A DNA stretch of 64,000 nt from Nageia nagi (Eukaryota; Plantae; Pinophyta), in assembly GCA_050084985.1 (NCBI GenBank), contig JBITNC010000001.1:9548001-9612000 (forward strand). The letters are read 5' to 3'. The notes under the pieces were generated by a model that was not told the origin of the DNA, ran no database searches, and was given only the letters and a program-made list of their open reading frames with translations. A program made the position numbers and the translations under genes. Of the stretch, positions 11,801 through 26,100 are shown piece by piece. The number at the start of each line of letters is the position of its first letter. The first letter of the stretch is position 1.

Positions 11801-14800
11801 TGCTAAGAACCCATGAAGATAAAACTCCATATAAGTTATGCTTTGGAAGAAAAGGTATAGTTAAACATTTTAAAATCTTTGGATGCAAATGTTATATCAA
11901 AATATCAATCAATTACAATGGTTATCTTATATATGAAGAGAAATAAGAGGAGAAACCACCACCAATATCATACAAATCATATCCATTAGTCTCCCCATAA
12001 ACATCATCACCTAAAGGGTAACTACAAACAACACTTAATTCATAACCACCAAATTCACCAAAAATATCTGGTAAGCAATGGCAGCTAAATCATCCAAATC
12101 AACAAATAATTGGAGATCCTAATTTTGGTGTTTAAATAAAAAGAAGTGTTGTTAAAACATAAGAGTACATCAATTATGCATTATTGTCTCATTTTAAACC
12201 CAAGAATGTTACTAAAATAAGTAAAGATGAAAGCTAGGTACTAGCAATGAAAGAAGAACTAAAGCATATTGTAAAGAATAATACATGGGAGCTAGTTCTT
12301 ATATCGAAAAATAAAAATTTCATTAGTACAAAGTGGGTATTTCAAAATAAGCTGAATGAAGAAGGAAAAGTGGTTAGAAACAAAGCCAAACTTATCTATA
12401 AAGGCTATGGTCAAGTGGAAGGAATTGATTTTGAAGAAACTTTTGCACCAATCATAATATTAGAAGCAATTAGGATGTTTCTTGCATTAGCAACATACAA
12501 GAATTTCAAAGTACACCAAATGAATGTCAAATATGCCTTTCTGAGTGGAAATCTAAAGAAATAAGTATACATTTAAAAACCAAATGGATTTCAGCTCACA
12601 GAATATCCCAACATGGTTTGTAAATTGAAAAAGGCTTTATATGGCTTAAAACAAGCACCCCAAGCATGGTATTCAAGATTAGATAATTATCTTCTACAAC
12701 AAAGGTTTAAAAAGGTTATGGTAGATAGCAATCTATATGTCAAAATTGAATCTAACTATCAACTTATCATTGTTGTCAATGTAGATGATATCATATTCGG
12801 TGGATACAAAGATGAAATATGCAAGGATTTTACTAATCAGATGCAAAATGAATTTGAAATATCAATGGTTGGTGAGTTATCATACTTTCTGGGTTTGCAA
12901 GTGAGTCAAATAGATAAATACGTATTCATATCTTAAGTTAAATATATAAAATAAATGTTGAAGAAGTTTAACATGGATGATAGTAAACCAGTAACCACTC
13001 CCATGATGACCAGTTGTAAATTAAGAAAAGAGGACAATTCACCTAATGTTGATCAAACTCTATATAGATCTATGATTGGTGGCTTGTTATATTTAACTAC
13101 ATCTAGGCCAACACATATTGCAAGTATTTTGTATGGTTATAAGATTTCAAGTAGCTCCAAAGAAATTCATGTTATTGTAGTAAAAAGAATTTTTAGATAT
13201 CTTCAGGGAACTATGGAGTATGGAAATTGGTATCCCAAAGGTAAGGACTTCACACTCTTTTCCTATTTTGATGTTGATTGGGCTGAATTTATTGATCATA
13301 AAAAAAGCACAAGTGGAGGTGCTTTCTATTTAGGTGATAGGCTTGTCACATGGTATAGTAAAAAGCAAGATTTAGTATCTTTCTCTATAGAAGAAGTAGA
13401 GTATATTACAATAGCTTCATGTTGCTCTCAGGTATTTTGGATGAAATAAACTTTGAAATATCTTAGAATTCACTTTAATGAACATATATCCATAATGTGT
13501 GATAATAAAAGTACAATACACATTTCCAAGAATCTAATTATGCATTCTAGAACCAAGCACATAGTCATTTGGTATCACTTTTTGAAAAAGAAGGTTAAAG
13601 AAGGAGAAGTCTAGTTAGATTATGTACCTATATTAGAACAAGTAGCTAATATATTAACCAAATCATTGCCTAAGGAAGTATTTGAATATATTCACCATAA
13701 ATTGGGAGTGGTCATTCTTCCCAAAAACTAACAAGCCATAAGTGGTGTAGTCTCAGGGGGAGCATATTTAGTTGTCTATCTTTACACTCTCAAATTTAGC
13801 TTTGATAGTTGTGTTTAAGTTTTACTAAGATTGGTGTCTACAAATAGGGGGAGCATAGTGTTTGTTTTTATGGATAAAGCCTATAGAATTCATAAGTTGG
13901 GCATAAAGTTCTTTATTTAAAATGTTGGACTATAAGTTTTGTTGTTTTGGTGTTGGCTTTGAACTTAGTTATTGTTGTTGGTGGCTAAGACTGCTAGAAG
14001 TAAGAGTAAGCTTTGTGTATTTATTTTCAACTATTACTTACTACTAACAATATTGATTTTACTCAACTATTGTATGTAGTGAAATGTTCAAGTCCATCAT
14101 CTATGTTGTTGTACTTGCTAAATGGTCAATTGTTAAAACATGTTATGTCAATATGTCATGTTTGCTAAAGGAGTATTGGAAAATTTGCTATGTATTGCTA
14201 CTATTATCTTTGAAACTATTTCCAAAAATGGTGAGAGTGATTAGGTTACTCTGACTATGTTGATTTTTGTTAAGTTCAGCATGTTTTAACAATAATACCA
14301 AAAGGAGAGATTGTTAGTCATATGTCTGGGTTATGTTGTCATTATTTTTCAAAGAAATACACTTGGATGCCATCATGTGAAAAGATCTTATGTATATAGA
14401 TATAGGCTTATGTGGTGAAGAATGAGCTTAAATGATGGTAATAGCCCTTATACGATGGTAACATCCCTTATCCAATGAAGAATGAGCTTGTGTGGTGGTA
14501 ATAGTCCTTATGCAATGAGGTAAAGACTTATGTGGTGAGGAAAAGACTTATGCAATGAAGGAGAACAATTTTTATGTGGTAGAGAAAGGTGTTATGAGAT
14601 AGAGACATGAATTATATGATAGAGATAGGTTTTATGCAGTAGATACAAGTGTTATGTAGTAGAGATAGTTGTTATGTGATGAAGGAGAGACCATCAAGAA
14701 ATGACATCAGTAGGTGAATATGAAGAAAGGAAGTACCTTATGTGGAGAGGTAGTTACTTGTATGGAGATGAAGTGCCTTATGCAGGGAGGAAGTGCCTTA

Positions 14801-15697
14801 TACAAAGTAGCAAGTTCTTATGCAAAAGACTCAAGGTTTGTGTAATTAAGGCCCTATGAAGACATGAAGCATTATATGTAAAACAAAACCCTTATACAAT
14901 GAGGACTAGTGTTATGTAGAGAGTCTAGAAGCTAATAAGTTTAAGTATTGACATGTGTGTAGTTAGTATGAATCATGAGATAAGGTGATAGTAATCATCT
15001 ATAGAGCCCAAATATCAATGCAAGTTTACATTATAGTTTAGGGAAGTTGAAGGGACTATGATTCAAATTGTTAAGGAAGATCAATGAGTAGTTGGAGTTG
15101 TATTATGTTCCAGGAAGATAAAATAGACTTATAATGAAAATAAAATTGGGAAATATGTAATGTTGTAGCAATATGAAGATATGTGGGAGTTGAATGTGAT
15201 TGAATTTATAGAATATCATTGAAGAACAAACTATTATAAATTCATAATGAGGGAAAAATAGAGGCTATGAGAACTGATTGCATATTTCTAATAGAGATAG
15301 TTGAGAGTGAAAAATACTAAGCTAGATCAATGATGATATTTTGTAGTAGAATTGGTAAGTTTACCAAAAATCTTGCTTCTATAATTTGTCAAGTTGGTTC
15401 TTAGCCAAGGGGGTTGGTGCTCCTATGGTTGGTGCTCCTTTCAGTTGGTGCTGATAAATTATTTGTAAAGTTATTTCTTTGATTTTGTTGCATTTGGATG
15501 GGATTGTAAGAAATCTTACTTAGGAATTAGCCATAATAATGAACCTTGTTATATTATATGTTATGTGATGCATTCTTACAATGATTATTTTAGTTGTTTT
15601 AAATAAGTAATATCTTCTTTAAAGGATAAAATTAAAGAACTAAGTTTTAATCCTTCACTAATTCACCCCCCTTCTCAGTGTCACTTGGAGAACAATA
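7312..15697 (+). mobile_element. Full-length but degenerate Sirevirus-like Ty1/copia (copy 3): LTR-PBS-extended gag-PR-INT-RT-RH-multiPPT-LTR
   Basis: LTRs 7312-8822 and 14312-15697; PBS tggtatgagagc 8825-8836; gag PLFDGTNYA (~8925); CCHC-like knuckles at ~9655, ~10510, ~10620; PR IIDSKCTKHM (~10840); INT LELIHIDLCG (~11370); RT/RH ORFs 12247-13449. Confidence 0.92.
8825..8836 (+). promoter_or_regulatory. Primer binding site (tRNA-iMet)
   Basis: tggtatgagagc, one mismatch to TGGTATCAGAGC, 2 nt after the LTR end. Confidence 0.85.
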
Positions 15698-15738
15698 GTA
15701 TGACCATATAAAAATACCCATAGGTAACCAAAATTGAT

Positions 15739-16169
15739 GCTTTGATACCAATTGTTAAGAACCTAATAGAATTGAAAGGGACTTTTACCCTAAATATCAA
15801 AGAAAATACAAGATAGCTAGCAGATTCAAAATGTAACAAGTAAAGCAATTAGAATAATACACTCAAATTAACAATGAGATAATAAAACAAAATAATTTTA
15901 CTAATAGCAATATGAATTACAGGATGCTTCAAGGGGGCTTCCCCCTTACAACTCAAAAGATGATTGATTTTCCAAGATGATTCTCTTTACCCCTCATACA
16001 AATATTTATAGACTTCCTACCCTAATTCTAATTGACAGTTTAATTCAAAATTATGATTTGCCTTATAAAAATATAATGGTTTACATCACTAGTCAATACA
16101 AGCTACTAATTAAGATAAATGCTAATTATAATTAAACCTTATTAAATACTAGGATGTGGGATCCTAACA
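15739..16169 (-). mobile_element. tRNA-iMet PBS plus 5' LTR (15753-16169) of the short-LTR gypsy, copy 2
   Basis: gctttgatacca then tgttaagaacc...ggatcctaaca; colinear with 4423-4860. Confidence 0.85.
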
Positions 16170-16352
16170 TTATTTGATTACAGGTAGATATATGATTTAT
16201 ATGTTGTGAAATATTATCAATGATAAATTGATGTTATAATTACTATATATGATAGGATAAAGTAGCTAAATAATGTAGGTAAAAAAATGATGAAAATATG
16301 TCAAAATGTATGCTAGGTTAAACTTTGGCATAAGTTATATCCTATTTTCAAG

Positions 16353-17301
16353 TATGTGAGGCCATGATTAGACCAAGAAGACTAGGATTGGTTGGTTGTA
16401 GTTAGGTTCACAGGAGTCACATATGCATTGTTGGTGCACTATAATCAATTCTACATAATGTCACTCTATGAGGATTAGGATGATGATAGGTGCAACTTCT
16501 ATTTCTTGACAAGTAAGGTGAGTATCATACTTAATGATATTTATTAGCTCTTTAAGATTTTGATAAGGGAAGAGATGATCATAGTTCCCTCTAAGATAGG
16601 TATACTACATAGATTCATAGGTGATGAATGGTTGACATGGGATGTTAGCAAGGGAGGGATGGAGTACAATACATTGTACATAACATGATATATAGAGAGA
16701 GGAGAGAGACCATGGGCATTTTCCTGATCTTGAGTTGTATACTACCAAATGTTTTGAGACATAAATTCCTCTAAACATGATTAGAGTATTCATAGAAATG
16801 GTTAATACAAGCATAGTAATGGCATGGGTCTCAGTGCTATTACAATAAATATACATGAAGATTTCTAACCTTAGGTGATAGATAGGTAGCTTGAGTACCT
16901 CATTATTGGTCCAGATATGGTCCTAGGATCATATCACCATGGTGAGGTTATATGAATTACCATTAGTGATTCATTATGATAGAATGATGGATAATATCTT
17001 GATAGTAGAGAGATACGATCTATCATTCATGAGATGATGGTTGAGAGTAGTAGGCACATAAAGAGGGATACTTGTGAGGGATGACATGATTGGTATAGAG
17101 TGATGTGCCTTAGCTTACATCCATAAAATATTATCTAGTTCCCCTAGAGAGGATCTCCCTAGTGGGATAAGGATCCAAGGCATCTAGCTAGGGTGTGCAA
17201 GGATAGATACCTATAAGGGTGACATGAGAGGGATGTAGAGATGTTCTACTTTAAGTGGATTATAAATTATTTCAATATCTAGCAAGATATTCCACCAAAT
17301 A
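16353..17301 (+). pseudogene. PMD-domain ORF remnant; probably continues at 22859-~23200 and 28061-~28800
   Basis: Motifs IMSLYED*DDDRCNFYFLTSKVSIILNDIY, AWVSVLLQ*IY, SLLVQIWS*DHI and QDIP match conserved PMD blocks; preceded by AT-rich sequence ending ttttcaAG (possible splice acceptor). Confidence 0.7.
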
Positions 17302-20300
17302 TGTGATGACCTAAAATCACCTTTAGCAAAAATGAACCAAGCTAGGACTTTTACAACCTTCAAACACCCAACAATTTCCATCTAGGGCATACAAATATCT
17401 CAATGCACCAATGTGGTCCACCTAAGGCTCTTGGATACAACACAATAATAAATGAGTTCCACCAAATCTTGATGTCATCCCCTAGGGCTTCCCCAACACT
17501 TTGTAAACCCCATAAATACCTTCTAGCAATAATGCACCACACATAATTACCAATGATGGGGACACACAATAATATGAATCCAAAACAAGCTTCCAACACC
17601 ATTATACAAGAGACAAAACACATACATAATAATGGAAAATACAATGGAGAGAGGCACAATATGTATTTTATTATGATAGTGGATGGAACACAATGAGGAT
17701 TTCAATATATAGATATAGGGTTCTAAACCCTCTGCAAGTTGAAAACCATAGGAAAGACTCACTCCCTTAGATTGTGAATCTTCTCCTACAAAGGAGCCTC
17801 CTTGAACCGAGGCAACCACTAAAGGTAGAATCTCACCCTTGAAATGCCATTGAATGGACTAGGTGACCCATCTAAGTTATAGAGTGCTAGGGTCCCAACC
17901 TTATCACCTCTTTAAACACTATCTAAGAATAATGCTTAGCACTGCCAAGACTTATATGCCCAATTAGGTTTTGTATAGGAGAAGTATAATCAATAACTAA
18001 CCTCCTCATGGAGATCCATCCTCAATATATAGCCTCATGTATCTATCCGTCATGCCTTGTTATCATCCTAAGATAATTCTATTCCAATATTGGGATCAAT
18101 AGGTCAACCATGCCAATGTCAGGGTCATATTGTCCCAATATGCTAATGTGGGGGCTCCATGGGTCTAGTGTGCCAATGTGGGCATCATAAATTCCCTTAA
18201 ATATGATGTGGGGTTTTATGAGTATCCTTGAGCTAACATGGGGGTCTAAGTGGCCTCATAAGCCAACATGGGGTATATGGGGCCCTCTTAATGCTGGTAT
18301 GCTCCTTTATGCACCTTAGGACTATACAATACTTATGCCTATCTAAGGGTTCCCACAATTCGGGATAACCCATTACAAGTTAACACAACACTACTCAAGG
18401 GGAGACATCCCATTACTAGGCTCACAATAGGGTCTATAGACCATAAGCTCCTACTTGAGTTACACATGTACAACATGATCATAAATAAAATACTATATTA
18501 CAAAGTGACCATGACACATTTTGTTAATGGTCCAAATGGAATGTCACAAAGCCTCCCCTCTCAAATAGCTTACCCTCAAGAAATGGTAGGAGATAGCTAA
18601 GGGTTGTCTTATAAGAATCCTTTGGTATCTTCAAATACACTTTTCCTCTCTAGAAAACCACCCAGATATCATGTACCTCTAGCTAAGGTGAATCTCCAAT
18701 GCTGACTAGTCTACTACCTTGCAAACTCATGATGTGTCCATGACCATCACTTCTCAAAATATATTCACAGATGAATCTCTCCAACCATAGAATTGAGTGT
18801 AGTCCTACAAGGAATTATACCTACAATATCTTGCAAAAAATGATTATCAACACAAAATGTGTTGGACTTAGGCCCCTTTTAGGATTCCTACCAATCTCAT
18901 CAAGAAGTGATTTCTCAATCTGAAACATGGGATTCTAAAACACCCAAATAGTATGCATAGGCACTTATTCTCTCCTCATGCTCAACATGGGATCCCCCCT
19001 CCTTGGAAACCCAATGAAATTCCCTCTAGTGTTAGCATGTTCAATATGGGGTCCTAATCTCCTTAAAAACCTAATGAAGTTCCCTTTGGTGTTAGCATGT
19101 CCAACATGGGATCCCAATCTTCTTAGATATCCAATGTGGGGTCCTAATCTTATTAGACACCTAACATGACTTCCTAGTATGGTATCTTACCCAACATGGG
19201 GATCCAACCTCCCTAGCTACCAAATGTGGCTATCCTAGCCCTTTCCAAGATCAACATGGTAGTATAACCTTCCTAGACATCAAATGTGGCTATCCTAGCC
19301 TTGTCCAAGCTTAATGAGGTCCTCCTAGTATCATACCATACTAGTTCCATTGACTCTAGTTGGCCATTGGGCCTTTACATGTCCTCTTGCAACCCCTATA
19401 GTGTGTACTCCATCCCATCCATCTCAAAGCTCATAGTAAGGTTTTGGTAGTTGGTGTGAATGTCACCCAACTCAAATAGCCATTACATTCCTAAAATAAC
19501 ATGTAGATGCCCCATGAGTGGATATAGGTAGAATTTCTCCATTACCACATAACCCTGTAGCTTGATACCTAATCTCTCCATAATCTAATCCACCAATGTT
19601 AGCTTGCCATTAGCATTTGAAACTTGAAAGCCTTCAAAACCCTTAGTCTTTAGGTCCTTCCTCTATGTGAAATTGATGTTAATGAAATTATTTGATGCCC
19701 CTATATCTATCATCACCATGACATCCTAACTATAAGCTTGACCAATCAGCTTCAACATAAGGAACTTCTTCACCCCATAAAGTGAAGCTACCATGCTACC
19801 TAGTGTGCCCTTTGCATGTATCAACAATGAGTCCTCCCCTCCTCATTTAGGTACAGCTCTAACTCCTTCAAGCTATCCTCAAGAAGCACCTTAATGTAGT
19901 GTACCTATCTTTTACCTATACAACAATGTTTGAGCTCCCACTTCTTGTAATAGAAGCACTTGCCCTCTTGTCTTAGCTTCTTTCTAATGATAGCATCCAA
20001 CTGATTTGATATAGGCATGGGGGGTGCTTTGGCCTTGCTAGGCCCTTCCCACATCCTTTGACTTGGTTTTACCTTATTGGTTAATCCTTATCTAAGGGAT
20101 TTCATGGTAGGCTCTGAGTCATACGTAGCTCAAATGGCATCATCCAACATCCTAGGATATAAAACTTTAACCATTCCTTTCAATGGTTTGGGTAACCCCT
20201 CAATGAATAAGAACATCAGCCTCTCCTTAGGAATGTGGTGTATCATCACTACCATCTTTTGAAACTCCATCATGAACTCATCCACCATCTCTATCTACCT

Positions 20301-22853
20301 TAAAGAATTCATATCTTGAAAGTAATTGTTCTCCTTCTTTCTATCGAACCTCTTCACTAACTTCCTAGTGAACTCCTCAAACATGGTAATATGGGTATAG
20401 CCTTGACTTACCATGCCATGATGCCACCACTTCAACACATCTCCCTCTAGATGTAAAATTGATGGCTTCCTCCTCCATCATGTTAGGGTTCAAAACAAAG
20501 TATGTATGTAATTAGTGCACCCAATCCCTTACCATCATCCTCTTACCAACAAACATGGGTACTTGCATCTTGTTGATCTTGTGTTATAGATCTCCCTTTC
20601 CATCCCACTACCCTCCTAATTGATGTTGGCCATGTGAGCCACCCTTCAACCCTAGTAGCTCCAAATAACTACTAAAATTTATGTCTCACCTCACATCTAG
20701 ATGTAACATGTTGCAGTCTCTATGATGCTTATTTAGTTCCAATGGACCAAGAACCCTTTCTCGAGGGTCTTCTCCCTCTTTTGATGTAAACATGGGCTTG
20801 TTTGGCCAAGGAATGATAGGATAATCATCCCTTCCTCCAACATTGGTTTATAGATACCATTTGAGAAGGGGGCTCTCTTATTGTGGCATCCACTATGACT
20901 AGGATCTATGGAATTATGGCATGAATTATTCCCTAGACCAATAGATGAAGTCCTTATCTCTCATACTCCTTAATCTCCTTAATGAATGCTCCCCTTTTAT
21001 TTGATCACCCTCTAAATATCCTCTAGAATCATTCTCATCCTAATGTACAAGTGGGGTTGCTTCCTTGGTGTGATGTGGGGTCCTAAAATCCACATTCTCC
21101 TATTGTAACCCCTCTAGACCTTCACCAAGATGAAGTGGGCCTTCATGGCATCCCCTATCACCTCATTGGCCTCTATTGCCTCTTTGAGTGTGGCATGGAT
21201 CTTGATCTTCACTATCTTCCACTCATGGACCAACTCCCTCATCCCTAATCCTTCATCCATGCCTTCTTCCATTTGAATCATGTTGAGAAGATTCTTGATC
21301 ATTCTATACATGGCACCTTGCTCTCAGATCTTCTTTTCCTTCTCTTCTCTATTGATCTCCTTCCTTTACCTTGCCCCAATACCAATCCATTATTTTCTTC
21401 AAATATCATATTTTTCTAGTCATGCTATGCAAGGTTGAGATCAAAGCCCTAAACTCCTATTTAGGTGTACCATCCCTATCCCTCTTCCTCTCAACCAAAG
21501 GTTCTTACATTGCTTCCTTAAACCCTAACCTTGGTATTTTGAACTCTTGTTTAATCCAATGTTTGGCCTCTTCCTCTTGATGGATATCTTCAGATCTCTC
21601 ACCTCTCCTAGAAGATGACATCTCTCTCTTACTTGATCTACTATAATAATGGTGGATCTTGGGTTTCATACAATAGGTTGGTAATATCTAGGCTTTGATA
21701 CCACTTATGATGACCTAAAATCACCCTCAACAAAAACAAACCAAGATAAGGATTCTACAGCACTCAAACACCCAATGATTTCCCTCTAGGGCATACAAAC
21801 ACCTCAATGCACCAACATGGTCCTCCTAGGGCTCTTGGATAACACATAATAATAAATGAGATCAACCCAATGCTAATGTTAGCCCCTAGGGCTTCCCCAA
21901 CACTTTGCAAACCCTATGAATGCCTTTAAGAAATAATGCACCACACAAAATTACTAATGATGGGGACACATAACAATATGGGGCCATAATAAGCTTCCAA
22001 CACCAATATACATGAGACACAACACATACATAACAATGGAAAACATAATGGAGAGAGTCACAAGATGTATTTTATTATGAGAGTGGATGGAGTACAATGA
22101 GGATCTCAATATCCAAATCTAGGGTTTTAAATCCTTTACAAGCTTAACACCATAGGAAAGACTCACTCCCTTAGACTTTGAATCTTATCCTACGAAGGAG
22201 CCTCCTTGAACCTAGGTGACCACTGAAGGCAGAAGCTCACCCTCAAAATACCACCAGATGGACTAGATAACCCACCTAATTTGTAGAGTGCTAAGCTCCC
22301 AACCTTATCACCTCTCTATACATCATCTAGGAATAATGCTCAACATCATCAAGACTTATATGCCCAATCACATTCTATATAGAATAAGTATAATCAATAA
22401 CTAAAATCCTCATGGAGCTAATGTGGGGGTTATATTAGCCCAGTATGCCAATGTGGGGGTTCCATGGGACTAGTGTGCCAATGTGGGGATCATAAAGGCC
22501 CTCAAGGTTGACATGGGGTTTGATGAGCCTCCTTGAGATGACTTGGGGGTCTAAGTGGCCTCATAAGCCAACATAGAGTATATGAGGCCCTCCCACCATT
22601 GGTATGCTCCTCTATACACCTTTGGACTATATAATACTCATGTCTATCTAGAGGTTCCCACAATCTAGGATAACCCATTACAAGTTAACATAACACTACT
22701 CAGGGGGAGATGTCCCATTACTGGGATCATAATGGAGTTTTTAGACCATAAGATCTTGTTTGAGTTACACATGTACAACATGATCATAAATAAAACACTA
22801 GATTACAAAGTGACCATGACAGATTTTGTCAATGGTCCAAATGGGACATCACA
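17302..22853 (-). mobile_element. Non-autonomous gypsy-derived LTR element with gag and aspartic protease only (TR-GAG-like)
   Basis: LTRs 17302-18548 and 21706-22853; perfect TSD AAATA (17297-17301, 22854-22858); iMet PBS 21692-21703; PPT gagaggggaggc at ~18551-18562; gag WWHHGMVSQG..FEEFTRKLVKRFDRK (~20340-20430); PR VMIDIGASNNFI (~19700); no RT/RH/INT motifs seen in the 3.1 kb interior. Confidence 0.88.
18977..19320. repeat. ~60-bp tandem repeats inside the non-autonomous element
   Basis: catg(c/t)tcaa(c/t)atggg...cc(c/t)aatgaa(a/g)ttccct(c/t)t(a/g)gtgttag at 18977 and 19037, partial at 19097; second pair caaatgtggctatcctagcc at ~19221 and ~19280. Confidence 0.8.
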
Positions 22854-23199
22854 AAATACCATACTATACTAGAGGGTGATGGCATATATGGATAGGTGAA
22901 AATGAGCATGTACACCATTGAAAAATGCCCTAGACCCATCCAGAAAGATAGAAACAAGGATTACATTAGGATTACTGAGGTATTGACATGTAGATCCCAA
23001 TGAGCATCACATGCAAATATGATTATCTAATCAGGAAATAACTTGGGATCAATGAAGAGGAGGAAGATAATGGAGATATTGGTGAGGAATAGGGGTAGCC
23101 TGAGATGGAGATATAAGCCCATCAAGCAGATAGGATAGACCAAAGAGGTGGTTGTTGGAGATAAGTCAAAATAGATATTCCAGTGGGCCTTGTCCACCC

Positions 23200-26100
23200 A
23201 TGTTATCAAAAGTATAGGTTAGGGTTGTATGGACTCTTATTGAAGTCAGTTGTAGTATATGGAAATCAATTTTCATGTACCAAGCTTGTGAAGTTTGTTT
23301 TAAACCATATAGAGACTTGATCAATCTACACACTTTTATTTTACTTGGATCTAAGTCTCCATTCAGGAAGGTGCTCTTCACATCCATATAATGGAATTTC
23401 AACCTAAATTATGATGTCATTGCAAAAGCAATTCTAATAGTCTTCATCTTGGCTATGGGAGAAAAATTCTCCTCATAGTTGATACCTTCCTATTGAGCAT
23501 AACCTTTGGCAACAATTCATGCCTTATGCATATTGAGTGTACCATCAGCTTTGTATTTGGTTTTGAACACCCATTTTTATCAAATGCCCTTCTTTTTTGG
23601 TGGAAGATATACCACCTTCCATGCACCATTTTTTATCAATGCATCATATTAAGCATGCATGGTTGACTTCCAATGAGATAGCTCAATAGCTTCATAAACT
23701 ATTTCATTTTTGGGTGTATTCATCATTATTCTTATTAGTACCAAATTCACTTCCTCATGAGCCATGCTTCATATCCTTGGTCTGGAGCTAGAAGTGTTTG
23801 GTGGAGCACTCAAATTTGAATCCTATAATGTCTTATGGTACCACTTAGATATTTTGATATTTGAGGTGACAAATTTATAGTTGGAGCTTCTCTCTCATCA
23901 TCCTCATCATCATAATTGATTATGGGACCATTATTAGGTTCTGGTACCACTATAGGTGGACTAGTTGAAGATTCACCAATCTCATTAAGGTTACATCTCT
24001 ACTGATATAAGTTTTTCAAGTAGTAGGATTCATGATTCTATAGGCTTTAGATTCACTATCATACCCAAGAAGAATGCACCTCAAAGATTTTTCATCAATC
24101 TTATTCCTTTTCTCCTTATGAATATGCATGTAGGTAGTATAACCAAACAATCAAAGATGTGAGATATTGGGTCACTCTCCTAACCATGATTTTTTAGGTG
24201 TCATCCTTTTAATATCTTTTGTAAGTTCCCTATTTAGTTGATATACTGATAGTATTTATTAGTATTCACTACTTCAACCCAAAATGTTTCATCCATTTTT
24301 GCATCTTTCAACTTGCTTCTTGTCATTTTCATAATGGTTTAATTTTACCTTTCACAAACCCCATTTTACTATGGTGTGTAAGATGTGATCAACTATTATC
24401 AAATTTAATGTTACTTCAAGAATGCAAAAAACTCATTTGATAGGTATTCCCCCTCAATATGAGCAAATTAAATGTGTATGACAAGCAATTTATTTCTCCA
24501 TAAATGACTTAAATTTTGATCCTTTGTCTTTAAGAAATACACCCACTTTTTTTGGAGTAGTCATCAACAAATAATAGGAAGTATTTGAGTCTATAAATAC
24601 TAGCCTAGATTGGTCTACATAGATCGGTATGGACCACATCAAGAGATCCTTTAGCATGATGTGTGCTATCACTAAGGAATTCTATGTTATTTTCCTACTA
24701 TGCAAGTAGAAAAAATTAGTAGGAGAAGTAAGATATGGGAGATCACATATCATATTCTTATTTTACAGAGTGATTAGGTAGTTTAGATTCATATGTTTGA
24801 ATCTCCAATGCTAAAGAGTGGTCACATATGTGAAAAAATATTGAGAGCATGATTCTTGGAATCTACAACATCAAGTAGAAATATTATCCCAACTCCTTTT
24901 GCTTTTGCTATTATTTAGCATCCTTTGGATTTGTCACAAATGAAGCAAACATTTTCTCCTTTCACAATATCAAACTCCACTTTCAAATTTTTATGTAGCA
25001 TCTGATTAACTGACAAGAGGTTCTTTATGAGCCCTAGCACATGCAAGACCTATTTGATTTGATAGTTGTTATTTTTAAGTCAAATGTAAACATCACCCTT
25101 ACGTTCAATGTCATGGGATGTGTCATAACCCAATTGAACTTGACTAATATTTACTTTATCATAAAAAAAAGAAAACCAATCCCATTCATGTGCTTGAAGC
25201 ATCAAAATCAACATACCAAGTGGATGAGATGAAGGGTTCTCTTGATGAACAAAAGTGAGATCACCAACATATTCATCAATTCATTAACATCATTTACAAT
25301 ATTGCCTTGTTGTTATCATTGTTTGGTCATCTATATTTCCACTCCCACTAATTATAAGGGTTTTTCTCTTTTTATTTTGGATTCTTATTTCTCTAAGAGC
25401 TTTGAGCAAAATAGTTATACCAACAATCCTATAATTCATGCCCTTTCTTACCATAAATAATACAACTTTTATTCTACTTATCATTGGACTGGAGGAATTT
25501 TTATTTTCACCTTTCTGCTAGAAAGGTTTCTTGCCTCATTGATTTGACATCATAGCTTGCTCCTCTTCATGGGAATTTTCATTGAAGGCTTATTCTTGTT
25601 GCAATATATTTACCAACTTTTCAAAGGTAGATTTATATTCTAGAATATTCAAGGAAGTCACAAAGATGCGAAATTTCTCTAAGAATGCTTGCAGAACAAT
25701 GGGTACCATGAGACTATCTTCCATGGTCTCTCCTAATGCTTGTATGGAGTCTCAAAGTTTTGAAATTCAATGAAGAAATTATTCCAATTTCTCTCCACCT
25801 TTCAATCTTAATATGTGTAATTGTCCTTAAAGATGCCAAATCTAATTCAGGTTCTTTGACTCAACTTTTTGCAACTCTTCTGCACTTTGGCTTTAGTGCA
25901 TTCATGGACATGAGGTTGGACATCATATTATATGCCAAGTAAGATGACCATAAGTACCTTTTGTTGCATTGATCATACTTAGTTTGGTCATGGCTAGATA
26001 TGGTTGGATGTGTTTCAGTTCCATTAACTATTTTTCAAAGTTCTTCAAATTGAAGGATTGCTTGAATCTTAGTTTGTTAAGAAATGTAATTATTTCCCTC

